A stretch of 64,000 nt of DNA from Stegostoma tigrinum (taxonomy: Eukaryota): NCBI RefSeq assembly GCF_030684315.1, contig NC_081389.1, positions 22,276,648 to 22,340,647 of the forward strand, in the 5' to 3' direction. The position numbers and the translations under genes were made by a program. This document shows positions 51,127-63,995 of this stretch, piece after piece (the first letter of the stretch is position 1; every line of letters begins with the position of its first letter). Under the pieces are notes generated by a model. The model was not told the DNA's origin. It ran no database searches and saw only the letters and a program-made list of their open reading frames with translations.

Positions 51127-51261
51127 CTGTGGATATAACAGATTTAAAATTGAGAGAGGGTTATTCAGCCATTTTAGGTTTACCACTTAAATTGTAAATA
51201 ATCACATGATATTAAAAAACTTGAGTAACGCTGAAAAAAAGAGATATGTCCTGTGGAGAAA

Positions 51262-51485
51262 GATAGTAGGAACTGCAGATGCTGGAGAATCTGACATAAC
51301 AAGGTGTAGAGCTGGATGAACACAGAAGGCCAAACAGTATCAGAGGAGCAGGATGCTTCGGGCCTAGACCCTTCTTCAGAAGAATGCCTGAAGCAGGGTC
51401 TAGGCCCGAAGGGTCAGCCTTCCTGCTCCTCTGATGCTGCTTAGCCTGCTGTGTTCATCCAGCTCTACACCTGGTTATCTCAGAT
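51262..51485. mobile_element. Penelope pLTR inverted pair (fold-back) with degenerate hammerhead cores
   Basis: Arms at about 51289-51379 and 51388-51485; each contains CTGAAG(A/C)AGGGTCTAGGCCCGAA. Confidence 0.75.
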
Positions 51486-52251
51486 GTGCTATGGAAGATT
51501 TTTGTCTTGTAGTCATCAGGACAGAATCACAAGCATGCCAGATTTCAAAGGGAACAACAATTTATTCTGCATAAGATGAGAGTGCCGATTGATGGCAAGT
51601 TGTATTTGACTCATCAAGGCACTGCCTTGAGCATTTAACATCCACCATTTTAGTTTGGTTGAAAAAGATGCAATGCACGGACAGTTATTTCTGTTTCCAA
51701 AGGAGAAAGTTCTGCATGTGAATGAATGTAGCTTCTAGCAAGGTAAACTGACAATGTTGAACTGGCTGTTAGTGTAGCTCTTAGGACAAATCAGGATTGT
51801 TTAACAAGCATTATTTTAATTGTGGAATCACAGCTAATATTGGACACTAAATTCACAGTTTTGCAACCAGAGATTGGTTGAGTCAGTAATCTGCCTACTG
51901 TGAACAACTAAAAGGGATGCGCTATTTGATACAATCACTAGTTATTGGGATGTACAACCTAAAGTCACACCAACACAGGTGACTCTTCACTGGGCTTGTA
52001 AGTGGCCTCGCAAATCACTTAGCTCTATCAAAGTACTAGTGTTTCAAGAAGACAGTCTACCAACCCCTTCTCAACAACAACAATGGCAGCCAGGTCAAAA
52101 AGGGAGGTTTTGAATAATGTCTGGAAAGATAGAGAGTTTTAATGGGGAATTCCAGAGCTTACAGCCTAGGCAGCTGAAAGCATGATCACCAAAAATGTGA
52201 CAAAGGAAGTTCAAAACTGTACAACATACCATTAGACTTCACAGTGTCTAC

Positions 52252-52433
52252 CTTAATTCGCGAGATGCCTGGCGGTTCCACAAGCGCTCCTGCACTCTGC
52301 GTCTCTCCTCTTCTGCTGCCTTTTGTTTGTCACTTGCTCCAAGATTTATCAGACAAATAGTATCATACAGCAAGTTGTCTTTCACCTCTCGGTCTAGCCT
52401 GGAATCTGTAGTGAAACTGGGGGAATGGTTCAC
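52252..52433 (-). CDS. TTLL13: TTLL13-like exon (end of TTL domain)
   Basis: 182 nt; VNHSPSFTTDSRLDREVKDNLLYDTICLINL...ERRRVQERL; completes the WLLE|VNHSPS motif. Confidence 0.95.
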
Positions 52434-53621
52434 CTGGAAGCAAAATGTAGGCTATGACACAATCTGTTCATTATTAAACTATTTTAAAAAAGCCGTAAGT
52501 ATCTTCTAACACTTGTTTGTTAGGTGAACTTTATCTTGCACTGTGGAGAAATTGACTGCCTGATTTGTCAAGGAGCTATATAACAAGACTTGATGGATAC
52601 TTATCATTCAGTAATTTAATTGATCTGATTAAAAATAGTGAATGAAGAACTACAGTTGGCCCCAATGGCTCTTACATTATTAAATAAATTAATTATAGTT
52701 CTTGTTCCTAATAATATCCAGTGACTTTTTTACTGTGAATGAAAATCAGAAACTGAACTACACGACAACAGCAGATCAGAGGCTCGGTACTCTGTGGAGA
52801 AGAGCTCACCCCAAACCCTTTCAAAACACCCCCCATAATTTACAAGGCTGGAATCTGGAGTGGGATGGAATACCTGTCAGCAGTCTCGGTAGGTGTAGCT
52901 GCAATAACGTTTAAGAGGCTACATATCATTCAGGCCAAAGTACTTTTGTACATGTCACGAGGTTCAATAGTCTTCCCAGCCTTCCCCATTGTAGCTGCAA
53001 TGTATTTGGCCTAAAGGGTGCACAGTAGTAAACTGTCTAGGTTACTTTGATAACATCTACCCTGTTATCATTGTATGACAGTTCAGACACTCTGTCTTAC
53101 CCTCAAATATCAGGCATCCCTTAAATGTCAGCCTTGTCCTTTGGGCAGGTAGTGTCATCTCAGAATCAAAAGGTTGTGGTCATCTCACCCCAGATACTTC
53201 AGCATGTAATCCAGGTAGTTCTTGCAGTGCAGTAATAAAGGATGCTGCACTGTCAGGGGTGCTTGCCTTCAGATGAAACATTTCGCTGAGGTTCCACAAG
53301 CTGGTTCTAGTGGATGCCAATAAATCCCTGTCACTTTTTGAAGAAGTCCAGAGAGTCTCCCCAACATCCCCAAAGCAAATTAACTGGTGACTCATGTCAT
53401 TTGTTCTTTACATGCCCCATACAATTCACTTGTGTTTTTAAAAAAAAATCACAACAGCAGCATATTTCATAAACAATTAACTGCTTACAAACTACTTTGG
53501 GATAGCTTATGAGTATGATTAAGTGCTTTCCAAAGGCAAATTCTTTCTCTCATAATGATTTCCTCAATGCTCTGTACTTAGCCTTTTGATGCCAAAACAC
53601 CTTGTTGAAAGCTTCACCCAC

Positions 53622-53847
53622 CTCCAAGAGCCATGGCTTCAAATTGCGATCCATTAGGATATCAAATCCTAAAATCTCAAAACAGACACTTCCAAAGAGG
53701 CGACTGGAGAAACAAGTCCGATAATTATGCTTTAGGATCGGATAGGCTGAAACTAGAGTCTTAATGATGACATCTTCAATGTCTGCCCAAACCTTTGTTA
53801 TGTCATGTCCACGTTGCTCCAACCATTTATTAAATGAGGACAGTTTT
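53622..53847 (-). CDS. TTLL13: TTLL13-like exon (TTL domain)
   Basis: 226 nt; KLSSFNKW...WADIEDVIIKTLVSAYPILKHNYRTCF...CFEILGFDILMDRNLKPWLLE. Confidence 0.96.
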
Positions 53848-53994
53848 CTGCATAACACACAACACAGGATAAATGGACTAACATAAAGATGTATGGACAC
53901 TTCATTGGTTTCAATTAATACATCAGTTTTTGAGTTGTCATACCGGTAAGAATCTAGCACAGTGAAGAATCTAATACAGCTCTAAGAACCTAAT

Positions 53995-55630
53995 ACAGTG
54001 TGGAGCTGGAGGAACACAGCAGATCAGGAAGCAACAGAGGAGCAGGAAAGTTGACATTTCAGGTTTACACCCTTCATCAAGATTGGGAGGGGCAAGGGAA
54101 CTTAGAAATAAATGGGGGCTGGTGGGGGAAGGAAGGTGGGATGGTGATTAGTGGATGCAGGTAGGGGGTGATGGGGATTGGTCAGTGGGAAGGGTGGGAC
54201 AGGAATGAAGATGGACAGGTTACATTAGGTCAAGGGAGCAGGGATGAGAGGGAGGGTTGGACATGGGGTGAGGCCAGGGGGTGGGGAGATTTTGAAACTG
54301 GTAAATTCTATTCTGAGCCCATCAGGCTGTAAGCTCCTAAGGTGGAATAGAAGGTGTTGATCCTCCAGTCTGTGTGTGGCGTCACTGTATACTGGAGGAG
54401 GTCCAGGATGGACCTGTCAGCAAGGGAGTGGGAGGGAGAGTTAAAATGGTTGGCAACTGGAAGGTGTTGTTGATTATTGCATACAGAGCACAGATGCTCT
54501 ACAAGTCTGCACTTGGTCTCACTGATGTAGAGGAGATCACATCGGGAGCTACAGATACCGTAGACCAGGTTGGAGGATGTACAGGTGAACCCCTGTCAGA
54601 TTCGGAAAGATTGTCTTGGACCTCAGATGGAAGTGACAGGGTGAGTTGTAGGAGCAGGTGTCGCACCTCATGTGGTTGCAGGGTAAGGTATCGGGTGTAG
54701 TGGGGTTGATGAGGAGTGTGGAGTGGATGAGGGAGCTGAGGAGTAAGTGGTCCCTATGAAAGGCAGATATGGGTGGGGAGGGAAATATCTCTTTAGTGGT
54801 GGGATTGGATTGCAGAGGGCAGAAGTGGTGGAGGATGCTGCACTGGATGCAGAGGTTGTTAGGGTGGTATGTTAGGATCCAGGGGAACTCTGTCCTTATT
54901 TTTGTTGGGGTGTGGTTTTGAGGGCAGAGTGTGAGAAATGAAAGAGATGCAGTTGAGGGCATTATGAATCAATAGAGGGGGGATGCTGCAGTCCTTGATG
55001 TAGGAGGACATCTGGGACGTCTGGGAGTGGAATGCTCCATCTTGGGAGCAAATGTGGTGGAGGCAGAGAAATTGGGGGTAAGAGATCATATTCTTGCAGA
55101 AGGGTGGGTGAAGATTGCCATGGGGGTCAGTGGGTTTGAAGTAGATTTTAGAGCAGAGACGTTTACCGGAGATGGAGACAGAGAGGTCCAGGAAGGGGAA
55201 GAAAGGTGTTGAAGATGGTCCAGGTGAACTTGAGGTTGGGGTGAATGGTGTTAGTAAAGTTGATGAATGTCTAAGCTCCTCGTGAGAGCCCAAGGCAGTC
55301 ATCAATGTAGCGGAGGAAGAGGTGAGAGATGGTGCCAGTGTAGCAGTGGAAGAGGGACTATTCCGTGTATCCTATGAAGAGGGAGACATAGCTTGGACCC
55401 ATGCAGATGCCCATAGCCACTCCTTTAGTTTGTAGGAAGTGGGAGGAGTTAAACAAAAAGCTGTCGAGGGTAAGGACAAGTTCCATTAAGTGGATGAGGG
55501 TGTCGGTGAAGCGGGAACTGGCATTAAGCCAATGAGGGTGTCTGTGGAGAGGGACTGGCATGAAGCTGATGAGGGTGTCTGTGGAGAGGGACTGGGTTAA
55601 GTATATGAGGGTGTCAGTAGAGAGGGACTA
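53995..55630 (-). mobile_element. 5'-truncated Penelope-like element (RT plus GIY-YIG endonuclease plus pLTR)
   Basis: QTKGVAMGICMGPSY and LRYIDD (RT), PFLDL, PCNHMRCDTC and NLVYGICSSRCDLLYISETKCRL (GIY-YIG); frameshifted; pLTR at about 53995-54090. Confidence 0.9.
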
Positions 55631-56390
55631 ATGTTGTGCCTTAGCAGATGTTCAATTTTAACTTCTATCCTGATACAATGGACTAATCGACATTGCAACA
55701 TCTGTATCTATTGAATATTTTCAAGATGTTACAATTGAACAAGGAGCAATTCCTATCTGTCAATGAAAGCCAGTTGAAAATGTCAGGGCTTCACTGACTG
55801 GCATCGTTGAAATGGGAACACTGCCTGACTAGCACAACCGGCTTTGGTTACTGAATATGCTAGCAGAAAATAATGACTATGGCACCAGATTTATGACAGA
55901 AGTAGAGCTCCTGTCAGATTGAAAAGGCTTTGAATTTAAGTACCAAGGGTTGTTATAAACCTGCCAGTTGTGAAATGATGCTTGGGCCCATAAGTTTCAA
56001 ACCAGTGAATGACATAGAGAGACAAGAGGAACTACGGATGTCCGTCAGAGAGTGGAGACAGCTAAAGGAAGAATTTATGAGAGGTATTCAAAATCATTAA
56101 GGTCTTTGACAGTGTAAATGAGAAGCAAGTAAAGTCAGTGGCATGAGAATCACAAACCACTAAGGAAATTGGCAAAAGAACCAGAAGCAGCATGAAATTT
56201 TTTTTGTTAGGCTGCAAGTTGTTATGAAATGGAATACGCTGCCTGAAGGGATGGTGGATTCAAAGATCAAAGATCATTCACTGGGTCAAAATGTATGGAT
56301 TCAAAAAAGAAATAGATGAAATTTCTTTTTCTAAATTGCAGAATCGGAGTGGTCAAGCACTACCTTAACCCATCATCATGACAAGGACTC

Positions 56391-56531
56391 AATAAATGTG
56401 GAGCTGGAAAAGCACAGCCGGTCAGACAGCATTCGAGGAGCAGGCAAGTTAACATTTCGAGCCGGAACTTTGACCTTCCTGCTCCTTGAATGCTGTCCGA
56501 CTAGCGGTGCTTTTCCAGATCCACATTTATT
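56391..56531. mobile_element. Short Penelope-derived fold-back
   Basis: AATAAATGTGGAGCTGGAAAAGCAC...GAGGAGCAGG is mirrored by CCTGCTCCTT...GTGCTTTTCCAGATCCACATTTATT. Confidence 0.7.
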
Positions 56532-56644
56532 GATCTTAATTTCTACTGACAACATTTCTAGAACCTTTTTGAAATATTTGCTGCATGTGACAAAAGATTG
56601 TAGGTTTACTGCTAGGTTCTTCCTTCCAACCTGTTAAAATGTAC

Positions 56645-56730
56645 CTTTTGCTGCTCCCGTCCCCATCTCTGACAAAGTTCTTGCTGTGCTTGTTGATGGC
56701 ATAGTTTGTCAAGTGCATGCAGATGTCATC
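56645..56730 (-). CDS. TTLL13: TTLL13-like exon (HLTN motif)
   Basis: 86 nt; DDICMHLTNYAINKHSKNFVRDGDGSSK(R); gacag| and |gtac. Confidence 0.95.
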
Positions 56731-58524
56731 CTGTCATCAACAAATAAAAGACTTCAATGGTTTGGGACATGGGTGATGTAAGCTCCTACACAGTCTCACC
56801 TACCCACCCTCCCACCCCACAACTGTGTACTTTCACCAGGACTACAACTCTCCAAGACCTCCTTATTCCCCAATTATGGTCCTTTGCACATCCCCACTTC
56901 TCATCCTTTTACCATTGGTGGCCATGCCTTCTGGCTGTCTGGGTCCTAAGGTCTGGAATTTCCTTACCCAAACCTTCTGCCTCTCTTCTGCTTTAAGATT
57001 CTCCTTAAAAAATAAATTACCTCTTTCTCAAAGTGTTTGAATATCTGTTCTAATACCCTATAGATCTGTATGTTAGATTTTGACTGATAATGTTCTAATG
57101 AAGCCTCTTGGGACAGTTCATTACATCAAAGGGACTATGTGTGTGCAAGTGGTTTTGTTTTATACCTTTCAAGGCCAGCATTGGATGCCCATCCCTAATA
57201 AACACTGAACTGAATGGCTTGCTAGACCATTTTGGAGAGAAGAGTCAACCACATTACATGTAGGCTAAACTCCATAAAGATAGCAGATTTCCTTCGCTAA
57301 AAGGACATAAGTAAACCAGATAGGTCTTTACAACAATAAATAATAGTTATGGTCATGACTTCAGAGACTAACTTTATATTACAGATTTATTAATTGAATT
57401 TAAGTTTCACTGGCTGTTATGGTGGGATTTGAACCTACGTCCCCGGAGCGTGAGCCCGGGCCTCTGGATTTACCAGGTTAGTTAAATTACGACACTGCCA
57501 CCATTTAATTCAGGGATGCATGCCTTAAAGGCAACTATTGTATAGAGATAATATCAGTCTTAATACATAAATGAGTCAAATCTGAGCTATATTAGCTCAT
57601 GAGGGTCCATTGGTTATCCCCAGAAGCGGCAAACTTGACAGTTTAATGTAAATCACTCCCCTATCACCACTAAACCTAAACATTTTCATTCCCCTGCAAG
57701 TACTTAGCTGTCATGTGGTCAGGACTTACTACTTGCTCTGCAGAGGCAAGGAAATAAATGGAATCTATCACTAAGATTACTACAGTAATTTATTTTAGAC
57801 ACCTTCAGTGGGTATATGCACTACCACGTAGTCCTGAGCCAATCAAAATGATGAGGTATCAAGTTTGGCTGCTGATTGGTTTTGAGTTAGATGACCTCAG
57901 ATGGAGGAACTATTTTATTGGCCTCTGTCAGGCCTTTTGTCAACTCCCAGGATCACGCGGAATGGAATTCCAAAGTTGTTATTCCATGTGGTCCACAGCT
58001 TAGTTCCTGCATTTTAGTCATTACTGACAAATGGAGGATGAGCAGTGAGTGAGGCAGTGGAAGTGGGTGGCCAGCATTTGTGGGACATTACCCAACGAGA
58101 GTCAGCAGATTTAAAATGGGTTGAGAGAAAAGGGATGAGAAAAATAAAAGAACAGGCTTCCCCTACCATGATGACAGCCGAGTCTCAGTCAGAAAATTGT
58201 GACTTTGAGCCTCAGTCTAGCAAGATGCGCACATAATCCAGTGCAGAACTGAAGGAATGTTGCACTGTCTGATGCACCATCTTTCAGGTGGGTATAAAAG
58301 ATTACATGCCACTATTTCAAAGCAAAGAAGCAATGTCCTGGGCTAATTACTATTTCTCAGCCAACATCAAAAACCAAACACTGCACAGCTTTCGGTTGGA
58401 GCTTATTGTGCATTCCTACATTGTAAAGTGACTACACTTCAAAGATATTTAACAGACTGCAAAGCACTTTGGTACATCTTGAAGTCATGAAAGGTGCCAT
58501 ATAAGTGCAAGTCCATCTTTCTCA

Positions 58525-58770
58525 GAAACAAAAGATAATGAATTGCAGATGCTGGAAATCTGAAACAAAAACAAAAACTGCTGGAAAATCTCAGCAGGTC
58601 TGGCAGCGTCTGTGGACAGAAACCAAAGTTAACTTTTTGGGTCCTCAAAACTTCAGTTCTGTTCTTCAGTTCTGAAGAAGGGTGACTGGACCCAAAACAT
58701 TGACTCTGCTTTCTCGCCACAGATGCTGCCTGACCTGCGGCGTTTCTCCAGTAATTTCTGTTTTTGTTTC
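58525..58770. mobile_element. Penelope pLTR inverted pair
   Basis: Arms at about 58562-58643 and 58688-58770; core remnant CTGAAGAAGGGTGACTGGACCCAAAACATT at 58672-58701. Confidence 0.7.
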
Positions 58771-58906
58771 TATTGTTCTCACAACTATTTTAGCTTGCTG
58801 TGAAAAGGCTCCATGGTATATCCAGAAGCTGCAGATGACAGAAATGATATCAGTATACTCAGACACAATAACAACAATCTTATGATAACAGGGGAAGGAA
58901 CATTAC

Positions 58907-59050
58907 CAAGTTACTATTTGAGGGTTCACTGTACTTGCTGGTTGCAAACCTTGCCAGACCCTCATTGTAAATATAGATTCGAAAGGGATCGCAGGACGTA
59001 ACCAAGACGTAGACACGGAGGTCAAATTTGAAGCCATCTATGAGGAAAGG
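58907..59050 (-). CDS. TTLL13: TTLL13-like exon (KFDLR motif); upstream exons lie beyond the window
   Basis: 144 nt; PFLIDGFKFDLRVYVLVTSCDPFRIYIYNEGLARFATSKYSEPSNSNL is TTLL6/TTLL13 subfamily. TTLL13 is preferred because it neighbours NGRN. Confidence 0.95.
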
Positions 59051-60039
59051 CTGTGAAACAACATTAAAGCTACATTAGGCAAGCTGAATGACACTCATCA
59101 TATGTCGAAAACCATTTTCATGCCAAAGCATGAGTAACATAGGTGCAGAACAATCCAATTTTACTGGGATCATGTTAAGGTGCTTAGACCAGTCCGATAA
59201 CTATGAATATTCTGTGCGAGTATAGTAGCATTGCTCTAAAAGGAAAAGGCAAGGGGGTAAAGAACCAACAAGAATGACTGCAAGAATGAGGTGCTTAGAA
59301 GAACAGGATAAAAGTTTGAATGCAGTAACTTGTCTGGGGAGAAGGGGCGTATGTGTTTCAGCATATTCAGAAGAGACAAAAAGACTGAAGATATAGGACA
59401 GTAGGAAGTGAGCCTATAGTACCAGACTTGGTGGCAGCTCTTCAATGGAAAGACAACGCTGCAGTGGTAATTTCAATGGATTAGTAAGACAGAGCAATGT
59501 TCCCTCTAAGGATGCACATTCACTCCAAGATTCCACATATAGCCATCAGCATCAGTATGCCAGTCATAACTTCCAGTTCCAAAGGTCAGTGCTGCACGTG
59601 GACCTCAGAGGCCCATGCAGCCAGGAATAAAATGAGAGGGTCACTGATCCAGAGATCCAAGTTAATGCTCTGGGGGGCACAAAATTGAATCCCCACTCAG
59701 TCATTAAGTCGTAAATTACATAATAATTCTGGGATTCAAATTGATCTGTCGATGTTCATCAGTTATATTTTTAAAAACATTACTAATGCTGTTTCCGGAA
59801 AAATATCTGCTATCTTTACCCTGTCTGACCAATGTCTAATTTCATAACCACAGCAATGTGACCGATTTTTTAACAAACCTCTGAAATGGCTAAGAAAGCC
59901 ATCAAATTGTGGAATCACAAATGCTTGCTTTGGGAGTGATGCCCACATCTCAGTGGGATTTAATGGTGGGCAATAAGTAAATATTTTGCCTCTGTCTTCG
60001 CCCTAGAAAATCTAAAAAAAATGTTCTTTTAATCAGGAG

Positions 60040-62390
60040 GTGGAAAGGAGAGAGAAACTTGACGAAAATACATTCACTAGGGGAGCAATACTAAACAAAC
60101 CGATAGAACTACAGGCTGGGAAATCCTCATCTGAGAGGCTTAAAAGAAAAGGCTAAAGATGTAGTAGATGCACTGGTATTAATTTTCCAAATTTCACTAT
60201 ACTTTTGGAAAGATTGCATCAGATTGAAAGTAGCAAATGCAACTCCTTCCCAAGAACAGACAGAAAATAAAACAGGAAACCATTGACCAATTAACTTGAC
60301 TTGATGTTTGTCATGCAAAAAGGTGTTAAAATTAATCGTTTCATGGATAGAAGATTGGCTGGTTGTCAGAAAACAGAGTGAGAAAAAGTCTGGTAGATGG
60401 AATAACTGGCAGATATGATAATTGGAGTCCTGCAGGAGTCTGTGCTGGGGCCTTGGCTTTTTATAATTTATATCAAAGAATTAGATGAGGGGAGAGGAAG
60501 TATGATAGCTAGATTTGCACATGACAGAAAGGTAAGTAGCAAAGTATGTTGAAGAAATTCACTACTTCCATCTAGAAGGACAAGGGCACTAGATACATAG
60601 GAGCACCACATCTTGCAAGTTCCCCACAAAGTCTCTCACCATCCTAACTTGGAAATATATCACCATTCCTTCAGTGTTGCTGGGTAGAATCATAGATTTC
60701 CCTCCTCAAGGGCATTACAAATCTACCCACAGCACATGAACTGCAGCGATTCAAGAAGCTGGCTTACCACCATCTTCTGAAGGGTAACTAGGGGTGTATA
60801 ATAAAGGCTGGCCTAGCCAGCAATGCCCCTTTGAAGAGGTAACAAGTGTGTTAGACCAGGGAAACCCAGTAGATGTTATCTATCTAGACTTCCAAAAGGC
60901 CTTTGATACAGTGCGTCACGGGAGGCTGCTGAGCAAAGTGAGGGCCCATGGTGTTCGAGGTGAGCTACTGGCTTGGATTGAGGATTGGCTGTCTGACAGA
61001 AGGCAGCGAGTTGGGATAAAAGGCTCTTTCTCGGAATGGCAACCGGTGACGAGTGGTGTCCCGCACGGTTCAGTGTGGGGGCCACAGCTGTTCACCTTAT
61101 ACATTAATGATCTGGATGAAGGGACTGGGGGCATTCTGGCGAAATTTGCCGATGATACCAAGATAGGTGGACAAGATAATGTATGGTTTAGAAGGGGTGG
61201 ACACTAGGAAGTTGTTTCTGTTAGGCGGGGAGACTAGGACCTGTGGGCACAGCCTTAAAATTAGAGGGGGTAAATTTAAAACTGAAATGAGACAACATTT
61301 CTTCAGCCAGAGAGTGGTGGGCTTGTGGAATTCATTGCCGCAGAGTGCAGTGGAGGCCGGGACGTTGGATGCCTTCAAGGCAGAGATCGACAAATTCTTG
61401 ATCTCAAAAGGAATCAAGGGCTACGGGGAGAGTGCAGGGAAGTGGTGTTGAAATGCCCATCAGCCATGATTTAAATGGTGGAGTGGACTTGATGGGCCGA
61501 ATGGCCTTACTTCCACTCCTATGTCTTATGGTCTTATGGTCTTATGTCCCACGAGTGAATAAAAAAAGAACATTAACAAGGAAGCAAACTGATACATATA
61601 CTTAGGATAAGAGAGTGAGCAAAAATTTGGCAGATATAGAGTATAAAGTGGAAAAAATTGGCAGTTAGCGTATAAAATATTCACATAGGCAAGAATAAAA
61701 AAAAGCACAGCATTACTTATTTGGATAACAACTGCAGGACTACAAAGCGCAGTGATCTGGGTGTTCTAACGCACAATTCATAAAAGACTAGTATGCAGGT
61801 ATAGCAAATAATTAAACAGGTTAATGTAATGCTATCCTTCATTATGAGATGAATGAAATATAAGTAAGGAAGTTGTGTTTCAAATATACTGGGCACTGGT
61901 GAGACCACATCTCAAATACCGTTTTGATCTCCTCATTTAAGGAGCAACATAAACTTGTTTAAGACAGTTCAAAGGAAGTTTTACCTATAATGATGGGATC
62001 GTCTTTTGAGGTGGGGCTTGTATCCACTGGAGTGAACAGTGAACTGACTGAAATATTTAAGTTTCTTAATGGTCTTGACAAGTGGACGTGAATAATCTAC
62101 TTCCTCTTGTCATTGAGTCCAGAACTACTGAGCACTGTTTAAATTATTTTTTCTCTCAGGAGGATTGTGCGACTTTAGAGCTCTCTGCCTCAAAGCCACT
62201 GGCAATGGGGGTCATTGAATATTTTTAAGGTGGAGGCAGACAGATCCTTGTTAGGCACAGGAATCAAATGTTACCAGGAGTAGATGGGAACGTGGAATTC
62301 GAAACATAACTAGATCAGCCATGATCTTATTGAATGGCACAGCAAACTCAAGGAGCCATTTGAAATTCACGTCTATATGTTCAAATGAAT
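60040..62390 (+). mobile_element. Triple-nested retroelements: old CR1, then a retroelement 3' end (60560-61570), then a young internally deleted CR1 (60829-61545)
   Basis: Young copy has YLDFQKAFD, KFADDTK, FFSQRVV and a (TCTTATGG)n tail; both host sequences resume after their inserts. Confidence 0.8.
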
Positions 62391-62469
62391 AAAATATTTT
62401 ATCCAATGCAAATTAAACAACTATTTTGTTAGCTGTGGTTTAATGGGCAGCAGTCTCATTTCTGGATCA

Positions 62470-63995
62470 GAAATATAAGAACTAGGAGAAAGGAATGGCA
62501 ATTCAGCCCCTCCATCCTTCTCCTTCATTTAATATGATCATGGCTGATCTCATCTCAGCCTCAACTCCACTAACCCCTGAACCCATTACAAATTAAAAAT
62601 CTGTTTATTTTCTCCTTAAATTTACTCAATGTCCCAGTGTCCACCGCATTCTGGGAGATTGAATGCCATTATTCACAACTTTTTCACAAAAGTAATTTCT
62701 CCTCATGTGTTTTATTCTGCCCTCACTTATCCTAAAACTATGACCTTTGTGTAGATAATAAGAGGAAATATCCTTTCTACTAGACCATAAGACAGAGGAG
62801 AAGAAATTAGGCGATTCAGCCCATCTAGTCCGCTCCTCTTCAATCATGGCTGATATGATTCTTAACTCCACTGTCCCGCTTTCTCCCTGGAACCTTTGAT
62901 CTCCTTGACAATCAAGAACCTATCTATCTCCATCTTAAATATACTCAATGACCTAGCCTCACAGCCTTCTGTGGCAATGAATTCCATAGATTCACCACTC
63001 TCTGGGTGAAGATATTTCTCCTTATCTCTGTGCTAAAGGGTCTTCCCTTTACTCTAAGGTTGTGCCTTCGGGTCCTAGTCTCTCCTACCAGTGGGAACAT
63101 CTTCCCAATGTCTCTGTTCAGGCCATTCAGTATTCCTCTGTAACTTTCAATTAGATTCCCCTCAACCTTCTAAACTCCATTGAATGTAGACAGAGTCATA
63201 AAATGTTCCTCATGTTAACCCTTTCATTCCTGGGATCATTCTCGTGAGCATCCTCAGGACCCGCTCCAAGGCCAGTAAATCCGTCACTATCTCTTCAGCT
63301 CCCTCTGTCAGTACTCTTAGGTGTAGTCCAACTGGTCCAGGTGATTTATCCACCTTCAGACCTTTGAGTTTTTCTTGCACCTTCTCCTTGGGGGTGGCCA
63401 CCATATTCACTTCTGTCCCCAGACTCTCTTGAATTTTTAGGATATTACTCATATCTTCCACTGTGAAGCTCCCCATTACTACTTCTCCAGTGGCCCATTA
63501 TCCACTTTTGTCTCTTTTTGCCCTTCATATATCTTATTTTCTATTACTGGCTATCTTACCATCATATTTAATCTTCCCTCTCCTTATTTCACTGTCCACT
63601 GTTGGTCTTTGTGGTCTTCCCAATCCTTTGGCTTCCCACTGCTCTTCACCACATCATATGCTTTCTCTTTTGTTTTTATGCTGTCCCTGGCTTCCCTTGA
63701 TAGCCATGGTTGCTGCATCCTCCCTTTAGTATGTTTCTTTTTCCTAGGGATGAAGTTTTGCTCTGTTTCCCAAATTACTCCCAGAAACTCCTGCCATTGC
63801 TGTTCCACTGTCTTTCCTGCTTGGCTCCTCTCCCAGTCAATTCTGGTCAGCTCCTCCCTCATGCCTCTATAGTTACCTTTATTTAATTGTAATACCATTA
63901 CATCCGATTCCACCTTTTCCCTCTCAATATGTCAGAATTTACTCTGCAATTTATCGTCAGTGTCTCCTTAATCTCCCTTATCAAATCTGCATCAT
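62470..63995 (-). mobile_element. CR1 LINE fragments, one with an internal RT deletion
   Basis: ORFs 63584-63913 and 63210-63476 contain KVDKSPGP, then EEIVTD joined directly to LLALERV; CR1 3' UTR tails near 62470 and 62785. Confidence 0.85.
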
